A stretch of DNA of 64,000 nt, from contig CAZRIP010000002.1 in NCBI GenBank assembly GCA_964600165.1, forward strand, positions 16,400 through 80,399, written 5' to 3'. Source of the stretch: an uncultured Elusimicrobia bacterium (GTDB lineage: Bacteria > Elusimicrobiota > Elusimicrobia > UBA1565 > UBA9628). The translations under genes and the position numbers were made by a program. The notes beneath the pieces are model-generated. The model was not told the DNA's origin. It saw nothing but the letters and a program-made list of their open reading frames with translations, and did no database searches. Shown here piece after piece: positions 9,541 through 19,311 of the stretch. Numbering within the stretch: the stretch's first letter is position 1; each line of letters starts with the position of its first letter.

Positions 9541-10319
9541 CCCTCAAGCGCGGGGGCCAGCTCGTCGCGCCCTCGCTTTTTACGGTCGGCAACATGGCGT
9601 GCGGTTTTTACGCGCTCCTGGCTTCGCACAGAGAGGAGTTCGGCGCCGCGGCCACGGCGATCATCATCGGCATGGTCTTCGACGCGCTCGACGGCCGCGT
9701 CGCGCGCCTGGTGCACGGCGAGTCGATGTTCGGCGTCGAGTTCGACTCGCTTTCCGACTTCATGACCTTCGGCGTGGCGCCCGCGCACATGATGTACGCC
9801 TTCATCTTGAAGGACTACGGGATGTGGGGCTACCCGATCGCCTTCATCTACGCGTTGTGCGGGGCCCTGAGGCTCGCGCGCTTCAACGCCGTCGCGCACG
9901 ACTCCGGCGGCAGCAAGACGCATTTCACGGGCCTGCCGATCCCGGGCGGGGCGGGCTTCCTCTCCTCGTTCGTGCTGCTCTACCAGATCATCGAGGAAGG
10001 CCGGCCCGCGCATACGTGGAAGCTGCTGATGGACCAGGTCCCGGCGCTCTACGGCCTTTGCCCGGCGATGGTCATCATCGTCGCGTTCTTGATGGTTTCG
10101 ACGATTCCCTATCCCGCGTTCAAGCAGGCCAACGCGCTGCAACCGCGCTCGGTCAAGACCCTGCTCGGCGTGCTGCTCGCCGTTTTCCTGATCTTCATGT
10201 ACCCGCAGAACACGCTCTTCCTCGTCTTCCTTTTCTACACGCTGCTCGGTCCGGTCGGCTGGCTCGTGCGGACGGCCCTGCGGCTCTTGGGGTTTGACCG
10301 CCCGCCGGCGTCGGCCTGA
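9528..10319 (+). CDS. pssA: CDP-diacylglycerol--serine O-phosphatidyltransferase
   Basis: CDP-alcohol phosphotransferase motif DALDGRVAR...G.EFDSLSD, LRLARFN, FTGLPIP. Adjacent to psd. Confidence 0.9.
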   Translation: MDKLTLKRGGQLVAPSLFTVGNMACGFYALLASHREEFGAAATAIIIGMVFDALDGRVARLVHGESMFGVEFDSLSDFMTFGVAPAHMMYAFILKDYGMWGYPIAFIYALCGALRLARFNAVAHDSGGSKTHFTGLPIPGGAGFLSSFVLLYQIIEEGRPAHTWKLLMDQVPALYGLCPAMVIIVAFLMVSTIPYPAFKQANALQPRSVKTLLGVLLAVFLIFMYPQNTLFLVFLFYTLLGPVGWLVRTALRLLGFDRPPASA

Positions 10320-10320
10320 G

Positions 10321-11775
10321 CTAGCGCTTGGCGGCGGGCGCCGCCGCAGCCTGCTTGACGTAGGGCATTTGCGACGCGTCCCAGCCGCCGCCGACGGCGC
10401 GGATCAAGACGACCGCCGACGTCAGCCGCCGGCCGAGGACCTGCGCGGCCGCCCGCTCGTTGGTCAGGGCGATGTTCTGGCTCTGGATCACGTCGAGATA
10501 AGAGACGATGCCCGCCTTGTAGCGGTCGAGCTCCAGCTTGAGCGAGGTCTCGGCCGCCTTGGCGGCGGAGTCCTGCTGGACGCCCTCCTGCGAAAGCAGG
10601 GCGAGCGCGGAGAGGTTGTCCTCGACTTCTTGGAAGGCCGAAAGCACGGTCTGGCGATAGGCGGCGACGGCGGCGTCGTAGGCGGCGTTGACCTGCCGCT
10701 GCTCGGCGCGGCGCTTGCCGAAGTCGAAGATCGTCTCGGCGGCCGACGCGCCGATCGACCAGAACCTGTTGGGCCAGTCGAACCAGTGGGCGGCGTTGCC
10801 GGCCTCGTAACCGATCGCGCCGGCCAAGTCGATGGCGGGGAAATAGGCGGTGCGCGCCAGGCCGACGTTGGCGTTGGCCGCGGCCACGGCGCGCTCCGCG
10901 GTGGCGATGTCCGGGCGCCGCTCGAGGAGTTGAGCGGGCAGCACCGCGGGGATCGGGGGCGGCGGGGCTTGGATCGTGCCGGTCGACAGCGAAAAGCTCG
11001 CGGGGGCCTGTCCGACCAGCACGGCGATCGCGTGCTCGAGCTGCGCGCGGCGCAGCGCGACGTCGGTCGCCTGCGCCCGCGTGCTGTCGAGCTGGGTCTG
11101 CGCCTGGTCGACGTCGGTCTCGGCGGCGACGCCGTGCGCGAAGCGGGTCTTGGTCAGCATGAGAGCCTCGACGTAGGAGCCCGTCGACGAGTTGAGCAGG
11201 GTCTCCTCCATGTCTAGCTCCTGCAGCGAGAAATAGTCGATCGCGAGCTGGGCTTGGAGACTCAGGCGCACGTTCTCGAGCGTCGCGGCGCTCGCCTGGG
11301 CGGCGGCCTTCGCCCCCGCGACCGATTGCCGTATCTGCCCCCAAAGATCGGGCTCCCAGGCCGCCGTCAACGGCAGCTGGAAATTATCGGTGTAAGTGTG
11401 GGCGGCCGTGCCGCTGCCGCCGTACCCGCGCTGAGCGGAAGGGTTCGTCGCGATCGTCGGCAGGTAAGCCGAGCGGTTGATCGAGACGAGCTCGAGAGCC
11501 TCTCGGTACTGGGCCTGCGCCTGGGCGACGGATTGGTTCGAGACGGCGATCTTGAGCTCGAGCTCGTCGAGCTTGTCGTCGCCGAAGATCTTCCACCACT
11601 CGCCTTTCGGGACGGCGTCGCCCGGCTTGGCGACCTGCCATTGCGCCGCGTCCGCGGCCTCCTTGTAGGTGGCGGGCGTCTCGACGGCGGGGCGCTTGTA
11701 GGCGGGCCCCAGGCAGCCGGACAGCGCGAGGGCGGCCGGCAAGGCGATGAGGACGGCGATCTTTTTCTGGCTCAT
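10321..11775 (-). CDS. RND efflux outer-membrane factor (NodT/OprM family lipoprotein)
   Basis: Lipobox LALSGC, WWKIFGDDKL, WEPDLWG, LLERRPDIA.AER, YFPAIDL. Last gene of the mdtABC operon. Confidence 0.9.
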   Translation of the reverse strand: MSQKKIAVLIALPAALALSGCLGPAYKRPAVETPATYKEAADAAQWQVAKPGDAVPKGEWWKIFGDDKLDELELKIAVSNQSVAQAQAQYREALELVSINRSAYLPTIATNPSAQRGYGGSGTAAHTYTDNFQLPLTAAWEPDLWGQIRQSVAGAKAAAQASAATLENVRLSLQAQLAIDYFSLQELDMEETLLNSSTGSYVEALMLTKTRFAHGVAAETDVDQAQTQLDSTRAQATDVALRRAQLEHAIAVLVGQAPASFSLSTGTIQAPPPPIPAVLPAQLLERRPDIATAERAVAAANANVGLARTAYFPAIDLAGAIGYEAGNAAHWFDWPNRFWSIGASAAETIFDFGKRRAEQRQVNAAYDAAVAAYRQTVLSAFQEVEDNLSALALLSQEGVQQDSAAKAAETSLKLELDRYKAGIVSYLDVIQSQNIALTNERAAAQVLGRRLTSAVVLIRAVGGGWDASQMPYVKQAAAAPAAKR

Positions 11776-14700
11776 GCGGGCTGCTCCTGCTCTCCGTGGT
11801 CGGACGCGTGGCGGTGAGGCAGATACCGCTCGCGCATGCGCTCGAGCCACTCTCGGAACGACTCGAAGTAGAGATAGACGACGGGCGTCGTGAAAAGGGT
11901 GAGCATCTGGCTGACGATCAAGCCGCCGACGATGGCGATGCCGAGCGGCCGGCGCAGCTCCGAGCCCGTGCCGGTGCCGAACGCGAGAGGAAGGGCTCCG
12001 AGGAGCGCCGCCATCGTCGTCATCGTGATCGGCCTAAACCGCAGAAGGCTCGCCTCGTAGATCGCGTCGCGCGCGCTCTTGCCCTCGCGGCGCTGGGCGT
12101 CGAGCGCGAAGTCGATCATCATGATCGCGTTCTTCTTGACGATGCCGATGAGAAGGATGATCCCGATCACCGCGATCACGGAAAGATCCGTGCCCGTGAG
12201 CATCAGCGCGAGCAGCGCGCCCACGCCGGCCGACGGCAGCGTCGAGAGGATCGTGATCGGGTGGATGTAGCTTTCGTAGAGCACGCCGAGCACGATGTAG
12301 ACGGCGATGAGGGCCGTCAAGATCAGCATCGGTTGGCTCGCCAAAGAATCCTGGAACGCCTGCGCCGTGCCGGAGAAGCGGCCGATGATCGACGCCGGCA
12401 TTTTCATCTCGCGCTCGGCGGACTCGATGATGTCGACGGCCTGCCCCAGAGCGACGCCCTTGGGAAGATTGAAGGAGATCGTGACGGCGGGGAAGAGGCC
12501 CTGATGGTTGACGACCAAAGGCGTCCGAGCCGGAGACAGGCGAGTGAACGCCGCCAGAGGCACGTCCTTGCCGCCGCGCGTATGCACATAAATCCTCTGG
12601 AGCATCTCGGGATTTTGCCAATATTCCGGCGCCACCTCCATCACGACGTGATACTGCGCGAGCCCCGTGTACATCGTCGAGACCTGCCGCTGGCCGAAGG
12701 CGGAGTAGAGCGCGCTGTCGATATCGGCGGCGGTCATGCCCAAGGCGGAGGCCGCGTCCCTGTCGATCGAGAGCCAGGCTTGCTGGCCGTTGTTTTGCTG
12801 GTCCGTGTTGACGTCGGCGAGCTGCTTGAGGCTCTGCATCTTCGCGAGGACTTTCGGCGCCCAGGCCGTCAACGTGGCCAGGTCGGAGGATTGCATCGTG
12901 TACTGGTAAAGGGCGTTGCTCCCGCGGCCGCCGATCTTGATGTCCTGCACGGGCTGAAGAAAAAGACGCGCGCCGGGGATGCCGGCGGTGTTCTTGCGCA
13001 CGCGCGCGATGACTTCGTCGACGCCGGTCTTTCGCTGGTCGAGGTCCTTGAGCTGGACGAACATGCGTCCCGTGTTCGTTCCGCCCGAGCCGCCGCAGAA
13101 CGCGACGGCGTTCTGGACGGCCGGGTCCGCCATCACGACATTGAGAAACTGAAACAGCTTTTGCCTCATCGCCTGGAACGAGATGTCTTGCTCCGCCTGG
13201 ATGCCTCCCATCATGCGGCCCGTGTCTTGCTGAGGGAAGAAGCCCTTCGGCACGAGGATGAAAAGCATCACGTTGACGGCGACCGCCGCGAGGACGGTCA
13301 TCGCGGTCGCTCGCTGATGGTCCAAGACGTAGCGCAGGCCCCGCGCGTAGCCGTCGATGATCCTTTGGATGAACCGCTCGACGGCCATGTACATCTTTCC
13401 GTGCTCCTTCTCGTGCTTGAGAAAGATGGCGCACATCATCGGCGTCGTCGTCAAAGACACGAGCAGCGACACGCCGATAGCCACTGAAAGGGTCACCGCG
13501 AACTCCCGGAACAGCCGGCCGATGATGCCGCCCATCATAAGGATCGGGATGAACACGGCGACGAGCGAAAGGCTCATCGAGAGGACGGTGAAGCCGATCT
13601 CGGCCGAGCCCTTGAAAGCGGCCTCCAGCGGCGTCATCCCCATCTCGAGGTAGCGCGCGACGTTCTCGATCACGACGATGGCGTCGTCGACGACGAAGCC
13701 CGTCGAGATCGTCAGCGCCATCAGCGACAAGTTGTCGAGGCTGTAGCCCACGAGATACATGACGCCGAAGGTCCCGATCAACGAGAGCGGCACGACGATC
13801 GACGGGATCAGGGTCGCCACGACGTTGCGCAGGAAAAAGAATACGACCAGGATGACGAGCGCGATCGAGATCATCAGGGTCTTCTCGACGTCTCTGACCG
13901 AGGCGCGGATCGTCGTCGTGCGGTCGACCATCACGTCGATCTTGATCGCCTGGTTGATGCCCGCCTGCAGCTGGGGCAGCGCGGCGCGCACGCGGTCGAC
14001 CGTGTCGATGATGTTCGCTCCGGGCTGCCTGAAGATGATGATGAGCACGGACGGCTTGCCGTTCGCCACGCCCGCGTTGCGCAGGTCCTCGACGGAGTCG
14101 GTGACGGTGCCGAGATCGCCCAGGCGCACGGGCGCGCCTTTTTGATAGGCGACGACGAGAGGGATGTACTGCGCCGCTTTGAAGATCTGGTCGGTCGTCT
14201 TGAGATAGGTCGAGCCTGTGGGCCCGTCGATGGAGCCCGTCGGCGCGTGCGCGTTGGCCGACGCCAGGGTCGAGGCGAGCTGGCTCATGCTGATCCCGTA
14301 CTTGTTGACCACGGCCGGATTGAGCTCGACGCGCACGGCGGGCAGGGAGCTCCCTCCGACGCTGACCTGGCCCACCCCGTCGATCTGGGAAAGCTTCTGC
14401 TGGAGCACGGATGAAGCGACGTCGTACATCTGCGCCTGGCTCTCGACCTCCGAGGTCAGGGCCAGGATCAGGATCGGCGCGTCCGCCGGATTGACCTTGC
14501 GGTAGGTCGGATTGCTCGGAAGATTGGACGGCAGATAGCCGCGCGCGGCGTTGATGGAGGCCTGCACGTCGCGCGCGGCGGCGTCGACGTTGCGCGACAG
14601 ATCGAACTGCAGGGTGATGCTCGTCGAGCCCAGAGAGCTCGTCGAGGTCATCTCGGTCACTCCGGCGATGCGGCTGAATTGGCGCTCGAGCGGGGTCGCC

Positions 14701-14888
14701 ACCGAGGACGCCATCGTCTCGGGGCTCGCGCCCGGGAGTCCCGAGTTGACGCTGATCGTCGGGAAATCGACCTGCGGCAGCGGAGAGACCGGAAGCAGCC
14801 GGAACGCGATCCCGCCTGAAAGCGCGACGGCCGCCGTCAGGAGCGAAGTCGCGACCGGCCTCTTGATGAAAGGCTCGGAAAGGCTCAT
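11772..14888 (-). CDS. mdtC: Multidrug efflux RND permease subunit, MdtC type
   Basis: MSLSEPFIKRPVAT, PLPQVDFPTI, GFVVDDAIVVIENV, GIVKKNAIMMIDFAL, RFRPITMTT. Confidence 0.85.
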   Translation of the reverse strand: MSLSEPFIKRPVATSLLTAAVALSGGIAFRLLPVSPLPQVDFPTISVNSGLPGASPETMASSVATPLERQFSRIAGVTEMTSTSSLGSTSITLQFDLSRNVDAAARDVQASINAARGYLPSNLPSNPTYRKVNPADAPILILALTSEVESQAQMYDVASSVLQQKLSQIDGVGQVSVGGSSLPAVRVELNPAVVNKYGISMSQLASTLASANAHAPTGSIDGPTGSTYLKTTDQIFKAAQYIPLVVAYQKGAPVRLGDLGTVTDSVEDLRNAGVANGKPSVLIIIFRQPGANIIDTVDRVRAALPQLQAGINQAIKIDVMVDRTTTIRASVRDVEKTLMISIALVILVVFFFLRNVVATLIPSIVVPLSLIGTFGVMYLVGYSLDNLSLMALTISTGFVVDDAIVVIENVARYLEMGMTPLEAAFKGSAEIGFTVLSMSLSLVAVFIPILMMGGIIGRLFREFAVTLSVAIGVSLLVSLTTTPMMCAIFLKHEKEHGKMYMAVERFIQRIIDGYARGLRYVLDHQRATAMTVLAAVAVNVMLFILVPKGFFPQQDTGRMMGGIQAEQDISFQAMRQKLFQFLNVVMADPAVQNAVAFCGGSGGTNTGRMFVQLKDLDQRKTGVDEVIARVRKNTAGIPGARLFLQPVQDIKIGGRGSNALYQYTMQSSDLATLTAWAPKVLAKMQSLKQLADVNTDQQNNGQQAWLSIDRDAASALGMTAADIDSALYSAFGQRQVSTMYTGLAQYHVVMEVAPEYWQNPEMLQRIYVHTRGGKDVPLAAFTRLSPARTPLVVNHQGLFPAVTISFNLPKGVALGQAVDIIESAEREMKMPASIIGRFSGTAQAFQDSLASQPMLILTALIAVYIVLGVLYESYIHPITILSTLPSAGVGALLALMLTGTDLSVIAVIGIILLIGIVKKNAIMMIDFALDAQRREGKSARDAIYEASLLRFRPITMTTMAALLGALPLAFGTGTGSELRRPLGIAIVGGLIVSQMLTLFTTPVVYLYFESFREWLERMRERYLPHRHASDHGEQEQPA

Positions 14889-17800
14889 GTGGAAGCTGCC
14901 CGACGGGCGGCGAGCCACTTGTTGAAGCGCTCGAACTGCAAATAGATCACCGGAGTGGTAAAGAGAGTCAGCAGCTGGCTGACCAGCAGGCCGCCGATGA
15001 TCGTGATGCCGAGCGGCCGGCGCATCTCGGATCCCGTGCCGGTGCCGCAGGCGAGCGGCACGGCGCCGAGCAGCGCCGCCATCGTCGTCATCATGATGGG
15101 CCTAAAGCGCAGCAGGCAGGCCTGATAGATCGCTTCCTCGGGCTTCTTGCCGTGGTTGCGCTCGGCCTCCAGCGCGAAGTCGATCATCATGATGGCGTTC
15201 TTCTTGACGATGCCGATGAGCAAGACGATGCCGATCAGGGCGATGACGCCCATGTCCTGGCGGAAAACGATCAAGGCCAGCAGCGCCCCCACGCCGGCCG
15301 AGGGCAGCGTCGAGAGGATCGTGATCGGATGGATGTAGCTCTCGTAGAGCACGCCTAGGACGATGTAGACGGTGACGATGGCCGCCAGCACGAGGATCCA
15401 CTCGTTCGAGAGCGAGGCCTCGAAGGCCTCGGCCGTTCCCGAGAAGTTCGCCTGCAGGCTCGCGGGCAGGCCGAGCTGGTCGGTGACCTTGTGGATCTTG
15501 TCGACGGCCGAGCCGAGCGAGGCGCGCGGCGCGAGATTGAACGACAACGTGACCGACGGGAACTGGCCTTGATGGTTGATCGCCAGCGGCGAGGCGACCG
15601 GTTCGGCGCGCACGAGCGCCGACAGCGGCGTCTGCGTGCCGTTGGTCGTCGGAACGAAGATGTTCCGCAGGCCGTCGACGCTCTGCTGCCAGTCGGGGCG
15701 CGCCTCGAGCACGACATGGTACTGGTTCGACTGCGTGAAGATCGTCGATACCTCGCGCTGGCCGAAGGCGTCGTAGAGCACCCCGTCGAGCGTCGCCGGC
15801 GCGATGCCCAGGCGCGACGCCGTATCGCGGTCGATGTGCAAAAGGACGCCCGCGCCGTCGTTTTGCTGGTCGGTGGCGACGTCGCGCAGCTCCGGGATCG
15901 CTTTCATTTTATCGACCAGGCGCGGCGCCCAGGTCGCCACCTCGTTGGGATCGGGGCCCTCGATCGTGTATTGGTACTGCGTGCGGCTGACGCGGTCCTC
16001 GACCGTGAGATCCTGGACCGGCTGCATATAGAGCTTGATGCCCGAGACGGAGTCGACCTGAGGCTGGAGGCGGCGTATGATGTCCGAGGCGTTGGCGTCG
16101 CGCTCCTCGAGGGGCTTGAGCGTGATCTGGATGCGGCCCGAGTTCTGCGTCACGTTGGTCCCGTCGATGCCGATGAACGAGGCCACGTTCTCGACGGCCG
16201 GGTCCAGCAAGATCTTCTTGACCAGCGCCTGCTGGCGGTCGGCCATCTCGGCGAACGAGGCCGTCTGAGCGCCCTCCGAGATGCCCAGGATGACGCCCGT
16301 GTCCTGCACCGGGAAAAAGCCCTTGGACACGATCAGGAATAGGACGCCGGTGAGAACGAGCGTGCCGACCGCGGCCCACATCGTCTCCTTCTGGCGCACG
16401 AGAACGATCTTCAGGATGCGGTCGTACTCCTCGAGCATCCGGTTGAAGTAATGCTCGAAGAGCAGGAGCCAGCGGTTCTGGGACTCGCCCTCTTTGTGGT
16501 GGCGCAGGATCTTGGAGGCCATCATCGGCGTCAGGGTCAGGGAGACGATCGCCGACATGATGATCGTGACGGCCAGAGTCACCGCGAATTCGCGGAAGAG
16601 GCGGCCGACGATGTCGCCCATGAAAAGCAGCGGGATCAGCACGGCGATCAAGGATACGGTCAGGGAGACGATCGTGAAGCCGATCTCCTCGGAGCCCTTG
16701 AGCGCCGCCTCCATCGGGGTCTGGCCCATCTCGATGTAGCGCGAGATGTTCTCCACCATGACGATGGCGTCGTCGACGACGAAGCCCGTCGAGATCGTCA
16801 GCGCCATCAGCGACAGGTTGTCGAGGCTGTAGCCGAGCAGGTACATCACCGCGAAGGTGCCGATCAGCGAAAGCGGCACCGCCACCGCGGGGATGACCGT
16901 GGCGGATAAGTCGCGCAGGAAGACGAAGATCACGAGGACGACCAAGAAAACGGTCAGGATCAGCTCGAACTCGACGTCGTGGACCGAGGCGCGGATCGTC
17001 GTCGTGCGGTCCGAGATCACCTTCACCTTCACCGCGGCCGGCAGCGACGCGCGCAGCGACGGCAGCACCTGCGTGATGCGATCAACCAGGCCGATGATGT
17101 TGGTGCCCGGCTGGCGCTGGATGTTCAAGAGCACGGTCGGCTTCTCGTTGTACCATGCCGCCTGTCGTACGTTCTCGGCGCTGTCGATGACGGCGGCCAC
17201 GTCACGGATGCGGATCGGCGCGCCGTTGCGGTAAGCGATGATGATCGGCTCGTACTCGGCCGCGGTCAGGAGCTGGTCGCTGGCTCCGATGGTCCAGGAT
17301 TGGCGCGGGCCGTCGAAGTTGCCCTTGGCGTTGTTGACGTTGGCTTGGCCGAGCGCCAAGCGCAGGTCCTCGAGGCTCATGCCGTATGACGCCAAAGCGG
17401 TCGGATTGGCCTGGACGCGCACGGCGGGCCGCTGCCCGCCGCTGATGCTCACCAACCCGACGCCGGGCAGCTGCGAGATTTTTTGTCCTAGACGCGTTTC
17501 CGCGAGCTCCTCGACCTTGGGCAAGGGCAAGGACTCCGAGGTCAGCGCCAGCGTCAAGATCGGCGCGTCGGCGGGGTTGGTCTTGCTGTAGATCGGCGGC
17601 GTCGGCAGGTCGCTTGGCAAGTAGGTCTGCGCGGCGTTGATCGCCGCCTGAACCTCCTGCTCGGCGACGTCGATGTTCAATTCAAGCGCGAACTGCAGGG
17701 TGATCAGCGAGCTGCCGAACGAGCTCGTCGAGGTCATGCGGCTGAGGCCCGGCAGCTGGCCGAACTGCTTCTCCAGCGGCGCCGTGACCGACGCCGTCAT

Positions 17801-17974
17801 GACCTCCGGGCTCGCGCCCGGATAGAAAGTCTGGATCTGGATGATCGGGTAATCGACTTGCGGCAGGGCCGAGATCGGCAGCTGGCGGAACGCCGTCATG
17901 CCCACCAGCACGACGCCCGCCATGAGCAGCGAGGTCGCGACCGGCCTCAGGATGAAGACGCGCGACGGGCTCAC
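14885..17974 (-). CDS. mdtB: Multidrug efflux RND permease subunit, MdtB type
   Basis: MSPSRVFILRPVATSLLM, ALPQVDYPII, DDAIVMVENISRYIE, TLFTTPVIYL. First of two tandem RND permeases. Confidence 0.85.
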   Translation of the reverse strand: MSPSRVFILRPVATSLLMAGVVLVGMTAFRQLPISALPQVDYPIIQIQTFYPGASPEVMTASVTAPLEKQFGQLPGLSRMTSTSSFGSSLITLQFALELNIDVAEQEVQAAINAAQTYLPSDLPTPPIYSKTNPADAPILTLALTSESLPLPKVEELAETRLGQKISQLPGVGLVSISGGQRPAVRVQANPTALASYGMSLEDLRLALGQANVNNAKGNFDGPRQSWTIGASDQLLTAAEYEPIIIAYRNGAPIRIRDVAAVIDSAENVRQAAWYNEKPTVLLNIQRQPGTNIIGLVDRITQVLPSLRASLPAAVKVKVISDRTTTIRASVHDVEFELILTVFLVVLVIFVFLRDLSATVIPAVAVPLSLIGTFAVMYLLGYSLDNLSLMALTISTGFVVDDAIVMVENISRYIEMGQTPMEAALKGSEEIGFTIVSLTVSLIAVLIPLLFMGDIVGRLFREFAVTLAVTIIMSAIVSLTLTPMMASKILRHHKEGESQNRWLLLFEHYFNRMLEEYDRILKIVLVRQKETMWAAVGTLVLTGVLFLIVSKGFFPVQDTGVILGISEGAQTASFAEMADRQQALVKKILLDPAVENVASFIGIDGTNVTQNSGRIQITLKPLEERDANASDIIRRLQPQVDSVSGIKLYMQPVQDLTVEDRVSRTQYQYTIEGPDPNEVATWAPRLVDKMKAIPELRDVATDQQNDGAGVLLHIDRDTASRLGIAPATLDGVLYDAFGQREVSTIFTQSNQYHVVLEARPDWQQSVDGLRNIFVPTTNGTQTPLSALVRAEPVASPLAINHQGQFPSVTLSFNLAPRASLGSAVDKIHKVTDQLGLPASLQANFSGTAEAFEASLSNEWILVLAAIVTVYIVLGVLYESYIHPITILSTLPSAGVGALLALIVFRQDMGVIALIGIVLLIGIVKKNAIMMIDFALEAERNHGKKPEEAIYQACLLRFRPIMMTTMAALLGAVPLACGTGTGSEMRRPLGITIIGGLLVSQLLTLFTTPVIYLQFERFNKWLAARRAAST

Positions 17975-17980
17975 CGCGGA

Positions 17981-19183
17981 CTACGCGCCTTTGGCGGCCT
18001 TGGGCGAGGAGCCGGCGGGCGGCGTGATCGACGCCTTGGCTCCGGGCTGCAGGTTGTCGGCGCCGTCGACGACGACGCGCTCGCCGGCCTTGAGCCCCTT
18101 GTCGATCGACGACTCCGTCCCTTCCGTGATCCCGACCGTGACGGGCCGCGCCTCGACGGTCCCGTCGGCCTTGACGACGTAGACGAAGGTTCCTTGCGCC
18201 CCGCGCTGGACGGCGACGCTCGGCACGATCACCTGGTCCTTCCGTGTCTCGAGGAGAAGGCGGACGTTGACGAACTGATTGGGGAAGAGCGTGCCCTGCT
18301 CGTTGTCGAACACGGCCTTGAGCTTCGAGGTCCCGGTCGTGGGATCGATCTGATTGTCGACGGTCAGCAGCACGCCGTCGGCGAGCTCCTGCGTCTTATC
18401 GCGGTTGTAAGCCTTGACCGTGAGCTTGCCGCCGGCGCTTATGCGCTTCATCACCTGCGGCAGCGCGTCCTCCGGGAGCGTGAAGACGACGGTGATCGGC
18501 TTCATTTGCGTGATGACGAGCAGGCCGTTCGGGTCCGAGGCGTGGACGATGTTTCCCGGATCGACCAGGCGCAGCCCGATGCGCCCGGAGATGGGAGCGG
18601 TGATGCGCGCGTAAGTCAACTGGAGCTTGGCGGCGTCGACCATCGCCTGATCGTTCTTGACCGAGCCGGCGTACTGGCCGACCGTGGCCGCCTGGGTGTC
18701 GAGCTGCTGCTTGGGGATGGCGTTCTCGGCGATGAGATCTTTATAGCGCGTGAGATCGAGATTGGCGTTGTCGAGCAGCGCCTGGTCCTTGGCGAGCTGG
18801 CCTTGCGCCTGCTCGAGCTGCGCCTGGTACGGGCGGGGATCGATCTGCGCGAGAAGGTCGCCTTCGTGGACGTACTGGCCTTCCCGAAAGGCGACCGACA
18901 TCAGCTGGCCGTCGACGCGCGAGTGCACCGTGACGGTATAGAACGCGGCAACGCTGCCGAGTCCTTCGAGGAAGACCGGCATCTCGCCGCTCTTGGCCGA
19001 GGCAACGCCAACCGGGACGGCGGGAGCGGACTTGGCCTTGCCCTTATGCTTGGGGCCGAACAGCAGCCAGCCGCCGGCCAAGAGCCCGGCCGCGGCGGCC
19101 CAATGCCACCAGGGCCGGTGCCCCAGCGGCGTTTTTCGTCCCGCCAGCTGGTTGATCAAGTCTCGCGGCGAAGTGAAATTCAT
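17981..19183 (-). CDS. mdtA: RND efflux membrane fusion protein, MdtA type
   Basis: TVTVHSRVDGQL, ITAPISGRIGLRLVDPGNIV, DNQIDPTTGT, LFPNQFVNVRL. Start placed at ATG 19183 behind an AAGGA RBS. Confidence 0.85.
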   Translation of the reverse strand: MNFTSPRDLINQLAGRKTPLGHRPWWHWAAAAGLLAGGWLLFGPKHKGKAKSAPAVPVGVASAKSGEMPVFLEGLGSVAAFYTVTVHSRVDGQLMSVAFREGQYVHEGDLLAQIDPRPYQAQLEQAQGQLAKDQALLDNANLDLTRYKDLIAENAIPKQQLDTQAATVGQYAGSVKNDQAMVDAAKLQLTYARITAPISGRIGLRLVDPGNIVHASDPNGLLVITQMKPITVVFTLPEDALPQVMKRISAGGKLTVKAYNRDKTQELADGVLLTVDNQIDPTTGTSKLKAVFDNEQGTLFPNQFVNVRLLLETRKDQVIVPSVAVQRGAQGTFVYVVKADGTVEARPVTVGITEGTESSIDKGLKAGERVVVDGADNLQPGAKASITPPAGSSPKAAKGA

Positions 19184-19311
19184 TTCCTTAATATCGTCGG
19201 ACTGCTTCATCAAACGCTCCGTGCGGCCGTGCCGGTCGATGAGACGCGCCGCGGCGCCGGAATGTGTCGCCATTTTATCAAATCCGCCGACCGGGCGGCG
19301 GCGACGTTATT

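Noticed and set aside
11772-17974. Two adjacent RND permeases as a novel duplication
   Set aside because: The heteromeric MdtB/MdtC pair is a well-known architecture.
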